Assembly: GCA_025055295.1 (NCBI GenBank)
Contig: JANWWW010000002.1
Span: 1-55,454, forward strand
DNA length: 55,454 bases
Direction: 5' to 3'
Source of the DNA: Deltaproteobacteria bacterium
GTDB lineage: Bacteria; Bdellovibrionota_C; UBA2361; JANWWW01
Below the pieces are notes generated by a model. It saw only the letters and a program-made list of their open reading frames with translations, ran no database searches and was not told where the DNA came from. A program made the position numbers and the translations under genes. Of the stretch, positions 18,837 to 28,587 are shown piece by piece. The first letter of the stretch is position 1, and each line of letters starts with the position of its first letter.

Positions 18837-19628
18837 TCAAATCTCGATCTCCAATCCATCGTAACAGAATTCAACCCAATCTGGTAGAGCTTTGCTGTGT
18901 TCGTAATAATCGACTAAATGACTCAAGTGAGACAAATAAAGTCTTCGAACACCCAGCTCCTCTGCTACTTGTATAGCTTCTTCAACTGTAAAGTGCTTGT
19001 CATGAGGCGGTAAGCCCTCTTTTTTATGCCAAAGTGAGCCGAGCACCAGAGTATCTATGTTTTTTAGCATCTGAGCGCTTTCCGAGGGAATGAAATTTGC
19101 ATCAATACAATACGCAAAATTGCGGATTTTGAAACCTGTCACAGGAATACTTCCGTGACCAAGAAGTATGGGCAAAATTTCAAGATCTGCAAGTAGAAAT
19201 TTTTCAAAGTGTTTTATTTCAATAGCTTTTATCTCATCCCAAGGTCTTTGAGCTTTGACCTTTTTGAGGTAACTTACACGATAATGAAATCTAGAGTAGA
19301 TTTCTAAAAGGGTTTCCTTTGAAGCCCAAATTGTAAAAGTTCTTCCGCTTACATAAGATGGTCCCCTCAATTCTTCCAAACCTAGAACGTGATCTGCATG
19401 AGCGTGAGTAAAACATGCTCCAAGGAAATTGTCAAAACTTAGACCTCTAGTTTGATACCGAAAGTCGGGAGCGGAGTCAATTACAAACCATCCAGCGCCT
19501 GAAAAAACAGCGATTGAAGGCCGAGACCGCTTGTTCTTTTCCCTCGGGTCGAGACAAATCTTGCATTTACACCCTAAAATGGGAGTACCTAAAGAGTCTC
19601 CACAGCCTAAGACACGAACCTTAAGCAT
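18837..19628 (-). CDS. MBL-fold metallo-hydrolase, PhnP-like
   Basis: LGCGDS.G.P..GC.C..C, KN.RSR, THAHADH..G..E.R, HG...V.GF, H.SH. Confidence 0.88.
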   Translation of the reverse strand: MLKVRVLGCGDSLGTPILGCKCKICLDPREKNKRSRPSIAVFSGAGWFVIDSAPDFRYQTRGLSFDNFLGACFTHAHADHVLGLEELRGPSYVSGRTFTIWASKETLLEIYSRFHYRVSYLKKVKAQRPWDEIKAIEIKHFEKFLLADLEILPILLGHGSIPVTGFKIRNFAYCIDANFIPSESAQMLKNIDTLVLGSLWHKKEGLPPHDKHFTVEEAIQVAEELGVRRLYLSHLSHLVDYYEHSKALPDWVEFCYDGLEIEI

Positions 19629-19668
19629 TATTTTAAAATTAAGGCATTTATGATAACATCATTAGGCA

Positions 19669-20130
19669 ATGAGCGAAAACCCACAGAAGTTTAAAGTCAT
19701 CGACAAAAGGCGCTTTGACGAAGAAGGAAACGAAAAATCCACTGAAACAGAAGAGTTTAACCATGAAGATTTATTTGAAAGCCATGCTCAGGTTGAGGCA
19801 ACCTCTGATAAGCTGGATAGCAGAATGTCGAACATCGAGCAAAATGAAGCGCAAAAAGATGAAAAAAAAGGAGAAGGGATTTCTTTCGCCAGTATAGTTC
19901 TAAGTTTAACAAGTCAGACTTTAATTCACCTAGGAGAAGTAGCCGGTGTTCCGGGAGCGCCCATAGATTTGGAAGCTGCGCGAAACACAATAGATGTGTT
20001 GGACTTATTGAGGGAGAAAACCAAGGGTAATCTTACTGCGGAGGAGTCTGAGTTATTGGAAAATGCGGTCAGAAGCCTCAAGTTTAAGTATGTTGAAGTG
20101 ACGAATCGATTTCAAGCAAAAAAAATCTGA
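19669..20130 (+). CDS. DUF1844 domain protein
   Basis: F..IV.SL....LI.LG...., DL..AR..ID.L..L.EKTKGNL..EE..LL....L...YV. Confidence 0.85.
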   Translation: MSENPQKFKVIDKRRFDEEGNEKSTETEEFNHEDLFESHAQVEATSDKLDSRMSNIEQNEAQKDEKKGEGISFASIVLSLTSQTLIHLGEVAGVPGAPIDLEAARNTIDVLDLLREKTKGNLTAEESELLENAVRSLKFKYVEVTNRFQAKKI

Positions 20131-20163
20131 ACCTTTATTGAAAATTTCCAGATAGAGTATATA

Positions 20164-20583
20164 GTGCAAGATACAAGTGTATCCGAAGTAAGACATGCCT
20201 TCACCTTGTCCGTTCCTGTTTCTAACCTGGAGCGGCTTGAGATCTGGACGCTTGTTTGTGTTTTGATTGGTTTACAAGTTTTTGACGGCATTCTGACCTT
20301 TTGGGGTGTACAAGTTTTTGGTTTAGATATCGAGGCAAATCCATTGCTCAAATTTCTTATGAGTAACTGGGGAGTTGGTTTTGCTTTGTTTTCCATGAAG
20401 TCCTTTGCTGTCTTAGCAGCAGTGTTACTTTATTTTTCCGAGATTAAACATAGCGTGTTAAAAAATGGTCTCTGGAGTTTAAACGCATTTTACATTCTAT
20501 GCGCTGTGCTGCCTTGGTCGATTGTTTTTTTATCTTACAATTTGGCGCCTTATTTGATTCAATCGGTGGCCCTATTTAGTTAG
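20164..20583 (+). CDS. DUF5658-like small membrane protein
   Basis: LQVFDGILT..G......EANPLL..LM...G....L...K. Confidence 0.65.
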   Translation: MQDTSVSEVRHAFTLSVPVSNLERLEIWTLVCVLIGLQVFDGILTFWGVQVFGLDIEANPLLKFLMSNWGVGFALFSMKSFAVLAAVLLYFSEIKHSVLKNGLWSLNAFYILCAVLPWSIVFLSYNLAPYLIQSVALFS

Positions 20584-20668
20584 GCTGAACGTTTAAAATT
20601 ATTTGGCAAGTTTCAACGATCTCAAAAGGAAATTTAATATAAAAGATATTTGAGAATTACACTTAATA

Positions 20669-20786
20669 AGGCTTGTCGTAAAATTGAGTTTTAAAAACAA
20701 AGTGCTAGAAATTTAACCTTTTTCTAATAGCTTATTTCTAGCCTTTTACTGAATATTGTGTGAAAGTCGAGTTTTTAAACAAGTTC
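20669..20786 (+). mobile_element. Decayed copy of the 118-bp MITE-like element
   Basis: Left end 13/16 and right end 14/18 identical to the intact copy; same 118-bp length; collinear interior; AATA on both flanks (20665-20668 and 20787-20790). Confidence 0.65.
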
Positions 20787-21815
20787 AATATGTTTAATGA
20801 TCTTTGTCAAAAAACTTTAACTTGGTGGAAATGTCTATTCTTAAGTCTATAAGGGGATTTATGTGCCGAAAGCCTCACATGTATGCGTCTCCTACACCAC
20901 TTGAATAAGTCTTCTCTGCCTTTTTAAACTTTTTTATCAAATTTGGTTAGACACCCCTACAAACCATTGACCATTGTATAGTTATTTCGCAAGATGATGA
21001 AGCTTTTTCAGTCATGCCAAGTCTACTTTTTCTCATTAAGGCAAATTAAACTTGTTTTGCTAATGAATAGTAATGTCGACAAACAATCCCCTGTGTAGCC
21101 AGTACGATACGAACTGGTAAGACTTTTAAAAAATTTCAATACCGATCATATCGTAACATTTGCTTTTGCGGTGTCGCCTCCTTACGATAGTCAATTTGTA
21201 AAATACATCTAAAACCAACACGTTAAAGACTCATGTAGACAACTTAAAGGTATAAAAGTCCTTCCCGTACCACTAATTATACGGAAGAGCGTTTTCAAAA
21301 ATTGCACTAATTAAGCACTTTCCAATTTTTATTACCCGTTTTATCCTATTTTTTTCGGTAATTTTAGACACTTTTTACGATCCTTCCGAAACCTTTCATT
21401 ACACCAATAATACAGAACTTCGTAACATCGTCCAATAATATTGGCTGCAAACACTGTCTACCGCGACAATGATATATAACAAACCTTGAAAATGTGTCTT
21501 GATATTGCGTCTAAACAAAATCTTAAGCTTATAAGATTTTAAAAAAAAATTTTAAACACTCAAACCAACCTGCCCTCGACGAATGCCCTTTCCACGTTTT
21601 TTCAACAACTTCATCTCCTTAAAAATCTCACTGGAGTCAACCAACAACTGATTGACTCCACTGCTCTGCCATCTCTAAGCCTACCCGTTCTGCTCTCAAC
21701 GATACCACATGCCTTTATGTCCCTTTGCCTGTTTATTCAGTTACCAATAATATAATGATGTAGCTTCCCCCGAGACAACACATACTCGCACTATATCTTT
21801 GTGATGACTTAACAT

Positions 21816-21933
21816 GGGCTTGTTGAAAAATTCAGTTGTAAAACAAGCTATCAAAAAATTCAACGCTTTACCATTATGTTATTTTTATTATTTTCTCAAA
21901 TCTTAGAGTAAAGTTCAGTTTTTCAACAAGCCC
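21816..21933 (+). mobile_element. Intact 118-bp MITE-like element
   Basis: Perfect 15-bp terminal inverted repeats GGGCTTGTTGAAAAA / TTTTTCAACAAGCCC, flanked by a 5-bp direct repeat AACAT (21811-21815 and 21934-21938). No ORF inside. Confidence 0.85.
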
Positions 21934-21980
21934 AACATGTATTCCATATCTCTAATAGGCTTCCGTTAGTCATGATCCTT

Positions 21981-22092
21981 ACCCTTGTTGCCTTGGTGAT
22001 TTAAATTACGGCATGGTGTTTTAAACTAACGACCCCTTTTTTAAAAATTTTTTGATTAACCTACCTTTTAAACACATTTTTTGACATAGCCA
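21981..22092 (-). mobile_element. Decayed inverted copy of the MITE-like element
   Basis: Minus strand begins AACAT-GGCTATGTCAAAAAAT...TCAAAAAATT, matching the left half of the intact copy, and ends near CAACAAG. Confidence 0.45.
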
Positions 22093-22327
22093 TGTTCAAT
22101 ACAACCTCAGACAGCAATTTTAAAGTATTCTTCAATCAGCCTAACTAAATATGAATAATCGGCTCATCACAACCAATAATCTCTAAGTTTTCCCAAATTT
22201 TCTAAAAATAACAGTAATAATAGCCTTTTCACATGTTGATACACCACTACTCGAATTGAAAGTCGTAAAAAATGTGCCTGAGTCTTCCCGGGATCTCACA
22301 TAAACGTATGAACCAATCTAAGCACTG

Positions 22328-22636
22328 TCAAATGCTTTTATTGCTCTTGTCTTCGACAACCACAAGGTCTTTACTTACCTTGAAGAAAGGTATCTTTTTT
22401 GGCTTTGATATAACCTTTTTACCCGTTTTTGGATTAACACCTTGATAACCTTTATACTTTCTCAACTCAAACGTGCCAAAACCTCTCAGTTCGATTCTTT
22501 TTCCCTCAAGCAAGAACTCTGTGATGGTTGAAAAAAAAGCCTCTACAAGATCTTTGGTTTTATCTATCGTAAAATCATTAAACTTTTTTTCCTTTAGGAC
22601 CTCAGCCAAACTCTCAATAAACTGGGTTTTATTCAT
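22328..22636 (-). CDS. HU/IHF family DNA-binding protein (IHF-beta-like)
   Basis: MNKTQFIE.L, RIELRGFGTF, G.NPKTG, PFFK.SKDL. ATG 22636 preferred over the track start 22732. Confidence 0.92.
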   Translation of the reverse strand: MNKTQFIESLAEVLKEKKFNDFTIDKTKDLVEAFFSTITEFLLEGKRIELRGFGTFELRKYKGYQGVNPKTGKKVISKPKKIPFFKVSKDLVVVEDKSNKSI

Positions 22637-23021
22637 ATGTTTTCCAATAAATTCCAAAGTACGTATTAAGGAGGATGAGAATACATAACGCGAGCGAAAA
22701 AATTTTAGCTTTTCGTAAATTTGAACTCGCAAGCACGCTCGGGTAAAAGCCTAAAAACACCCAAACAGCGAATTTTATCCAAAAAGGAAGCGGAGCATTC
22801 AGAGGATTAATGTACCCCAATTTATGAAGCAATGCGAACCCTGAAAGGAGAAAAAGAAAAAGAACAATCATGTACGCCCTGACAAACTTTTTCTTTTCTC
22901 TTCCCAGAAAAGGTCCGACATGGAGTCTGTAAAAGAAACCTAAGGTTGCAACAAAAATTAAACCGATGAGCGAAACCAGATGAACAAATTTGTAAAATTC
23001 ATAACTCACAATGTCGAGCAA
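22629..23021 (-). CDS. Small four-TM protein, SirB2-like
   Basis: Y...K..HL.S, G..L......, W...K pattern. The true start may be GTG 23009. Confidence 0.55.
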   Translation of the reverse strand: MLDIVSYEFYKFVHLVSLIGLIFVATLGFFYRLHVGPFLGREKKKFVRAYMIVLFLFLLSGFALLHKLGYINPLNAPLPFWIKFAVWVFLGFYPSVLASSNLRKAKIFSLALCILILLNTYFGIYWKTYE

Positions 23022-23050
23022 TTATATGCCTAAAACAACGTTATTTTCAA
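23021..23050 (-). promoter_or_regulatory. Sigma70-like promoter for the SirB2-like/HU genes
   Basis: Minus strand TTGAAA (23050-23045), 18 nt, TATAAT (23026-23021). Confidence 0.55.
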
Positions 23051-23766
23051 CCGTTATCACAAACCTTATTTCTTCCGGCCTTGAAGCGCGATTTTAACTT
23101 GTTAACGTCTCCGTTTTGAATTAAATTGAAAACTTCTCTGGCTGGAAAGCCGTAATAATAAAATGATCCTCTAATGTACCAAGAGAAACGACCCTGATCC
23201 TGAGCCTGGCGAATGTCGCAAATTTCCTCGTTAACGCGTGGAAGCTCGTCCAAAGCTTGGTTCTCAAACCACGTAGCAAATCCTTCATTCAGCTCCAGAT
23301 CGCCAAAAATTTGTCTGTTCATCCTCCATAAAACCACGTGACCAAGTTCGTGCAGTAAGACCCGCGCCAATTTTATTTCGAAATTCTCTCCTTCTACGCA
23401 TCGTTCAACCCTTGATCGAACGATAAATATCTTTTCGGGTATCATCCAACCCGGATGGCAATTTTTTTTTATGTACTCCGGAAATTCTATGTGACTTACA
23501 TCTTTTTCAAAGATGATAATCTCCACAGGACTGGTTTTTAGACTAATCCCGAAGCTTGCAAGAAATCTTTCTCCGAGCTTTACTGCTTTCTTAAGTGATG
23601 AATATGTAACTTCAGAATCCGTTCTAGGCGCTTTTACTGACAAAAGACCAAACTTTGACGATATTTCTGACACCCTTACAAGTCTTGCATCGAGCTTTGA
23701 ATAGTCAGTATCTGCCGGATACGCCTTAAGAATACCAACAAACACAAGGAGAACATGTTTATACAT
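23047..23766 (-). CDS. Secreted gluzincin-type zinc metallopeptidase (MA clan-like)
   Basis: HELGH followed by NEGFATW (third-ligand Glu); N-terminal signal-like segment. Confidence 0.7.
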   Translation of the reverse strand: MYKHVLLVFVGILKAYPADTDYSKLDARLVRVSEISSKFGLLSVKAPRTDSEVTYSSLKKAVKLGERFLASFGISLKTSPVEIIIFEKDVSHIEFPEYIKKNCHPGWMIPEKIFIVRSRVERCVEGENFEIKLARVLLHELGHVVLWRMNRQIFGDLELNEGFATWFENQALDELPRVNEEICDIRQAQDQGRFSWYIRGSFYYYGFPAREVFNLIQNGDVNKLKSRFKAGRNKVCDNG

Positions 23767-23807
23767 GTTAAAAGAAATCGTCTGAAATTTCTTTTGTTTA
23801 AATTTTT

Positions 23808-25058
23808 TTATGTCCCAATTTCAAACGAACGCAAATATTTTTCTTGTTCAGCTGTCAGATGGTCAATGTCTATACCCAATGACTGAAGTTTCAGTTTTGC
23901 GATTTTTCTGTCGAGCTCATCTGGAAGTTTAAATACTTTGGGTTCCATGGATTTATGGGTACTTGACATATATTCAATCCCGAGGGCTTGATTTGCAAAA
24001 CTTAAATCCATGACCGAAGGTGGATGTCCTTCAGCACAAGCTAAGTTAACAAGTCGTCCCTGACCCAAGATGAAAACAGTTTTGTCTTCTAATTGTAACT
24101 CGTAAACTTCTGGTCTTCCTTCGACCTGTTTTAGTGAGTCTTTAAATTCGTCTAATTCGAGTTCAATATCAAAATGCCCCGCATTTGCAAAAATTGCTCC
24201 ATCTTTAGACGCTTTTATAAACTTACTCGATACAACATGACTATTTCCTGTAGCCGTTATGATTATGTCCGCTTCTTTGACAAAGTTTTCAAGCTTTCCA
24301 ACCTCAAAGCCATCCATCACAGCCTCAAGAGCCTTTACAGGATCAACTTCACAGACTCGTACTCTGGAACCAAGTCCTGATAGCCGTCTGGCTATTCCCT
24401 TTCCGCACCAACCGTAACCACACACAACTGACACCTTGCCAGCCAAAAGATAATTTGTTGCCCTTAAGACACCATCGATCACACTTTGGCCCGTTCCATA
24501 CCGATTGTCAAACATAAATTTTGTAAAACTTTCGTTGACGGCTAGTATGGGATATTTTAACTGTCTACTCGCTTCCAAAGCGCGGAGTCTAATAACGCCG
24601 GTGGTTGTTTCTTCCAGTCCGAACTGAGGTTTCTTTCGGACGTTATCCCAGTTTTTATGAATATAAAAAACTAAGTCACAACCGTCGTCTATTGTACAAT
24701 CTACTTCATAGTCAATAACTTCCTGTATGTTGCCATAGTAATCGCTGGTTGTGTCGCCTCTTATCGCAAAAACCGGAATGTCAAAGTCTTTAACCAGGGA
24801 CGCAGCAACATCATCCTGAGTGCTCAAGGGATTGGAAGCGCAAAGAAAAACCTCGGCTCCTCCCGCCTTTAAAGTTTTTGCTAAAACTGCTGTTTCAGCT
24901 GTTACGTGCAAGCAAGCTCCAATCCTGAGCCCCCTTAACGGTTTTGCAGATTGGAAGTCATGCTGAATTATTCTTAAAACCTTCATTTCTCGTTCAGCCC
25001 ATTGGATACGAGAAAAGCCTTTTTGAGCCAACCCTAAGTCTTTAACTCTATACTTCAT
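23808..25058 (-). CDS. ahcY: Adenosylhomocysteinase
   Basis: WAEREM, CLHVTAETA, SNPLSTQD, EETTTG, K.MFDNRYGTGQS, GYGWCGKG, GRLVNL..AEGHP..VMD. ATG 25058 preferred. Confidence 0.97.
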   Translation of the reverse strand: MKYRVKDLGLAQKGFSRIQWAEREMKVLRIIQHDFQSAKPLRGLRIGACLHVTAETAVLAKTLKAGGAEVFLCASNPLSTQDDVAASLVKDFDIPVFAIRGDTTSDYYGNIQEVIDYEVDCTIDDGCDLVFYIHKNWDNVRKKPQFGLEETTTGVIRLRALEASRQLKYPILAVNESFTKFMFDNRYGTGQSVIDGVLRATNYLLAGKVSVVCGYGWCGKGIARRLSGLGSRVRVCEVDPVKALEAVMDGFEVGKLENFVKEADIIITATGNSHVVSSKFIKASKDGAIFANAGHFDIELELDEFKDSLKQVEGRPEVYELQLEDKTVFILGQGRLVNLACAEGHPPSVMDLSFANQALGIEYMSSTHKSMEPKVFKLPDELDRKIAKLKLQSLGIDIDHLTAEQEKYLRSFEIGT

Positions 25059-25118
25059 CTCGAAACAAGATTGTAACTTTTCTGACTCAAAAACCAAAAT
25101 TTTTTGACATATTTTTCG

Positions 25119-26207
25119 ATGAAGAGCGAGTCGGCGCCAAAGACCATCCGATTTGACAAGGTCGTTCCATTACGTTCATCTGAAAGGCAGCAAGAAGAAC
25201 TTAAACCAGTTACCTTAACATCCAGTGGAGGACCGGTTAACCTCATAAAACAACTCGAAAAAGTCGGTTACATTTGTCCGCTCAATTTGGCTCTTCAAAT
25301 CGCCCTCTTTCTAGATACTCAAGTTGACAAAATTCGTTCTTTGATATTAGAGGGTCCTTCTGGGTGTGGAAAAAGCTTTCTTGCCAAAAGCCTTTCAAAA
25401 GTAACTGGGGCTGAGCTTGTCTGCTTGTCTTGCTATGCCGGAATGCCTGTTCAAAATTTGATAGAGATACCTTCGACATTGGGGCTCGCAAAGGCTATGG
25501 CAGGTAACTCTGTGTCGGAAACTGAGCTTTTAAACCTTGGGACTTTGTCTAAAGTCTTTTTAAAAAGCCAGACAAAGCCTGTCATTTTTCTGGTGGATGA
25601 ATTGGACAAAGCTGATGCTTCTATAGACACGTTTTTCCTAGGACCTATTCAGGATTCAAAGATTTGGCTTGAAAGCAGATCGCCAATAGAAGCGAAAAAA
25701 GAGAATTTGGTAATCATTTTTACGAAAAATTTCAATAGAAAGATTGACGATGCTCTTTTAAGAAGATGTCACCCAATTAAAATGACATATCTTAAGAGCG
25801 ACCTTGAGGCAAAAATTCTATCTCAGCATTGCACGCCTCGAATCGTTGAAAATTTGGTCAAAATTGTTGATATCATGAGAAACGCCTCAGGTTCGTTTGA
25901 ATTTGAAAGACCGCCCGCGCCGGAAGAACTTTTAACAGCGGGCAAATACGTGGAGCAAATGATCCAATGGGGTTACAAGGAGTATGAGCTTATCGGTTCT
26001 GTAATTTTTAGGGTTCTTGCCAAAAGTGAACATGACAAAGCTGTTTTAGAGCACATGATGAAATATCATCCTGATTTTGCAGACCCAGATTGTGTTAACC
26101 CCAAAGCTCTCAAAATCGAGGATGTTTATAGAAAACTTGGGCTTCTTGCCGCAAGTGGAATAATTTCAAGCCCGAAGGAAGACTTAGCTGTTATAATTGA
26201 AGAATAA
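25119..26207 (+). CDS. MoxR-family AAA+ ATPase (CoxD-like)
   Basis: LEGPSGCGKS, L.CY.G, LVDELDKAD...D.F.L, N..R...DAL.RRC. ATG 25119 preferred. Confidence 0.85.
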   Translation: MKSESAPKTIRFDKVVPLRSSERQQEELKPVTLTSSGGPVNLIKQLEKVGYICPLNLALQIALFLDTQVDKIRSLILEGPSGCGKSFLAKSLSKVTGAELVCLSCYAGMPVQNLIEIPSTLGLAKAMAGNSVSETELLNLGTLSKVFLKSQTKPVIFLVDELDKADASIDTFFLGPIQDSKIWLESRSPIEAKKENLVIIFTKNFNRKIDDALLRRCHPIKMTYLKSDLEAKILSQHCTPRIVENLVKIVDIMRNASGSFEFERPPAPEELLTAGKYVEQMIQWGYKEYELIGSVIFRVLAKSEHDKAVLEHMMKYHPDFADPDCVNPKALKIEDVYRKLGLLAASGIISSPKEDLAVIIEE

Positions 26208-26242
26208 ACTTAAGATTTAATTATATTTTCCGATATACCTCT

Positions 26243-28030
26243 GTGTTTCCATCCAATCGCGGCTCAGTTTTATTGGTATCCTTTGCTACATGGTTCTTTT
26301 GCGCAATCTTGTTTTTTCTACTAGTTATAACACCCTTATGGATTTTGGCAGTCACTCGAGAGATTGGCAAACTTCATGAGTTTATTCATCTTAATTTAGC
26401 TGCGAATTACCCTAATCCTGAAAATATCGTTGACGGCTTAAAGAATTTACTAGAGGCAATGGGACAACAAGGATTAGGTGATGCCAACTCGCCTTTCCGG
26501 CCAAGACTAAGCCAAATTAGGAATATTTCAGTTTTTTTCCGAACAAATAACGATCAAATTAATGGTATGTTATCGGGGCAAATTCACTCAATACCCTTTA
26601 CAAGAGAGGGAACTCAAACAGACGAGTTTCAGTTGTGTTTCTACTCCGATCCTTCAAATTTAAACGATGAACACACTAATTGCGGACCCCGAGAGCTAGA
26701 CGAAAAATATCAAAGCCTAATTAGGGACAGTTCTAATTACATCTCGAACCCTATTGTTGTTGGAATAACTTACAAGCCTCTTATTTTTGGTTTCCTTGAA
26801 GATATATTTGGTACAAACAAAACGTCTGTCCAAGTCTACTACCCAAAGTTTGCGAACGTGCCGACTTCAACTGAGGCGCCTGTTTTGAATATTGATACGT
26901 TTGCAAATTATGTTCTACCTACAACTTTAAATACCGGTGTTTTGAGTGACGCTAATCAAAGATGTTTTTCTCATGTATTTTTATATCCGAGTAATTTTAT
27001 TTTTAACCTACTCGTTCTTTTAAAAACATTTTTTAATTTTGATGATATAGTATTTCGCAAGTATGTTACAACACCCCTAGGGCTATCTTTCGTTCTAAAG
27101 ATACAAGATATGGGTGCAGACACTTATATTCGTACCAATAACGATCCGATGCCTTTTGTGGACGTTGAATTCGAACCCTCTCAAGGTGTTGTGGTTTATC
27201 AAAACTCAAACTCAGGGGGTAACTCCACCTTTGAAGATTTAGAAATCAGCCTTCAAAATGCCCCGAGTGGGCACACTTTTGTATTATCAGATTGTTTCAA
27301 TCGTGTCCTTTTTGATAGAAACTTTCATACACTTTCGTTATACCACGGGGAAGTTTTTGAACAAGTAACGGGAGTGCCTCCTGAAACCGAGCTTGTTACC
27401 AATCAAACACCAAATAAAGTGGAATTTTCAAAATTCATGCTTTCTTTTCTGGCCCCAAGTGTAAAGTTCTGGGGTGATATGAATATTTTTAATGATGTAC
27501 GTATCAACACGCCTGACTCTATGGCAATCCAAACGCTTATATATAACCTTTTAGATGGTTCGCTTCAGGCAATTACTGATCAAGTATCTAACCCACCTGG
27601 AGATGCGATAACTTTATCTTTCTTGTTTAACATAAACCCTCCGTATACTTCACAATATCTGATAAATATGAGTGGCGGGAGTAGCTTCAGCCCCTCAATC
27701 TTTTTCAACCTAAATTATTTTTTTAATTTTCAAGGTCAGGCTCAAACTGGAAACTTAAAATCAGCATCTTATAAAACTGTATCTTTCAATATACCACAAG
27801 AACCTCCATCTCCTGACCAGAATAACAATCTGGCAACTAATATCTTGAGAACCATGATTTCAGACGATTTCCGTAACAGTCTTTTGAACTGCTACGAGCA
27901 CTTTCAGAATTGCGGTCCCCAAGCCTCCAATCAAGTTAGTTGGCTTGAGAATTTCAGGGAAACAACAGAGAGAGCTTTTGCACAGCTGGCAATGGCAGTT
28001 TTCAAGCATCTAACGGTGTTACAGAAGTGA
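26243..28030 (+). CDS. Large TadG/pseudopilin-like protein with a single N-terminal TM helix
   Basis: N-terminus NRGSVLLV followed by a hydrophobic helix (Tad-like) and a long Asn/Pro/Ser-rich exported region; directly followed by a TadE/Flp-like ORF. Confidence 0.5.
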   Translation: MFPSNRGSVLLVSFATWFFCAILFFLLVITPLWILAVTREIGKLHEFIHLNLAANYPNPENIVDGLKNLLEAMGQQGLGDANSPFRPRLSQIRNISVFFRTNNDQINGMLSGQIHSIPFTREGTQTDEFQLCFYSDPSNLNDEHTNCGPRELDEKYQSLIRDSSNYISNPIVVGITYKPLIFGFLEDIFGTNKTSVQVYYPKFANVPTSTEAPVLNIDTFANYVLPTTLNTGVLSDANQRCFSHVFLYPSNFIFNLLVLLKTFFNFDDIVFRKYVTTPLGLSFVLKIQDMGADTYIRTNNDPMPFVDVEFEPSQGVVVYQNSNSGGNSTFEDLEISLQNAPSGHTFVLSDCFNRVLFDRNFHTLSLYHGEVFEQVTGVPPETELVTNQTPNKVEFSKFMLSFLAPSVKFWGDMNIFNDVRINTPDSMAIQTLIYNLLDGSLQAITDQVSNPPGDAITLSFLFNINPPYTSQYLINMSGGSSFSPSIFFNLNYFFNFQGQAQTGNLKSASYKTVSFNIPQEPPSPDQNNNLATNILRTMISDDFRNSLLNCYEHFQNCGPQASNQVSWLENFRETTERAFAQLAMAVFKHLTVLQK

Positions 28031-28161
28031 AAGGGTCACACTTTACGGAGTTTACAATTGGATTTGTTTTGTCCATGTTTTTTATTTATTTTCTGTTTGT
28101 AGTCGCTTTGCCCAAAGTAACTAAGTCCATATTGCCTGAAGTGGTTCGGGATATTGAATAA
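28027..28161 (+). CDS. 44-aa TadE/Flp-like pilin (not in the ORF track)
   Basis: GTG overlaps the upstream TGA (GTGA). MKG|SHFTEFTIGFVLSMFFIYFLFVVALP has Gly at -1, Glu at +5, Phe at +6 and a hydrophobic helix, i.e. a prepilin cleavage motif. Confidence 0.6.
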   Translation: MKGSHFTEFTIGFVLSMFFIYFLFVVALPKVTKSILPEVVRDIE

Positions 28162-28195
28162 CGTAGCCGAAAGTCACATCAAGAAAACTATCAAA

Positions 28196-28313
28196 AATAT
28201 CGCCTAACAAATGAGTTTTAAAACCAAACACTAAAAATCGACTTTTTTTGCTGAGTTAGCTTTTGGCTTTTTGCCCAAATATTTTGGGAACGTTCAGGTT
28301 TTTCGCTGAGCAG
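28196..28313 (+). mobile_element. Decayed copy of the MITE-like element
   Basis: TGAGTTTTAAAA.CAAA..CTA.AAAT shared with the 20669 copy and AA.GTTCAG.TTTTTC shared with the intact copy's right end; the spacing gives 118 bp. Confidence 0.5.
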
Positions 28314-28587
28314 TAAAACTCTAGAGCTACCTCTCGAAAACAGCACAAAACTGCAACCTATCAGCACGCCCCTGTTTAGTTACCTTTATCCTTTTAAACG
28401 TTTCTCAATCGAAGTAAAAAGTGTCAAATTTCAATAATACGTTAAACCTCCCGTTTTCATTGAAAAATCGCGACTGATTGATGGTATCCTAAAATTTCAT
28501 AGCTTGACATTTTGTAAAACTACGAATACCGTTACCCCAAGAACCCTTAATCTTATAGAGCCAAGTCAATAGGGAACCAGTGATACC

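Noticed and set aside
20790-21530. Calling a transposase pseudogene as a feature
   Set aside because: The resemblance is too faint without a translated search; reported only as an inference under findings.
20584-22327. CRISPR array or tRNA/ncRNA gene in the long spacer
   Set aside because: No regularly spaced repeats, no cas genes and no T-loop or CCA tRNA signature; the repeats are explained by MITE ends.
25059-25118. SAH riboswitch upstream of ahcY (and glycine riboswitch for gcvT)
   Set aside because: The ahcY gap is 60 bp of AT-rich promoter with no consensus; gcvT overlaps folD and has no leader.
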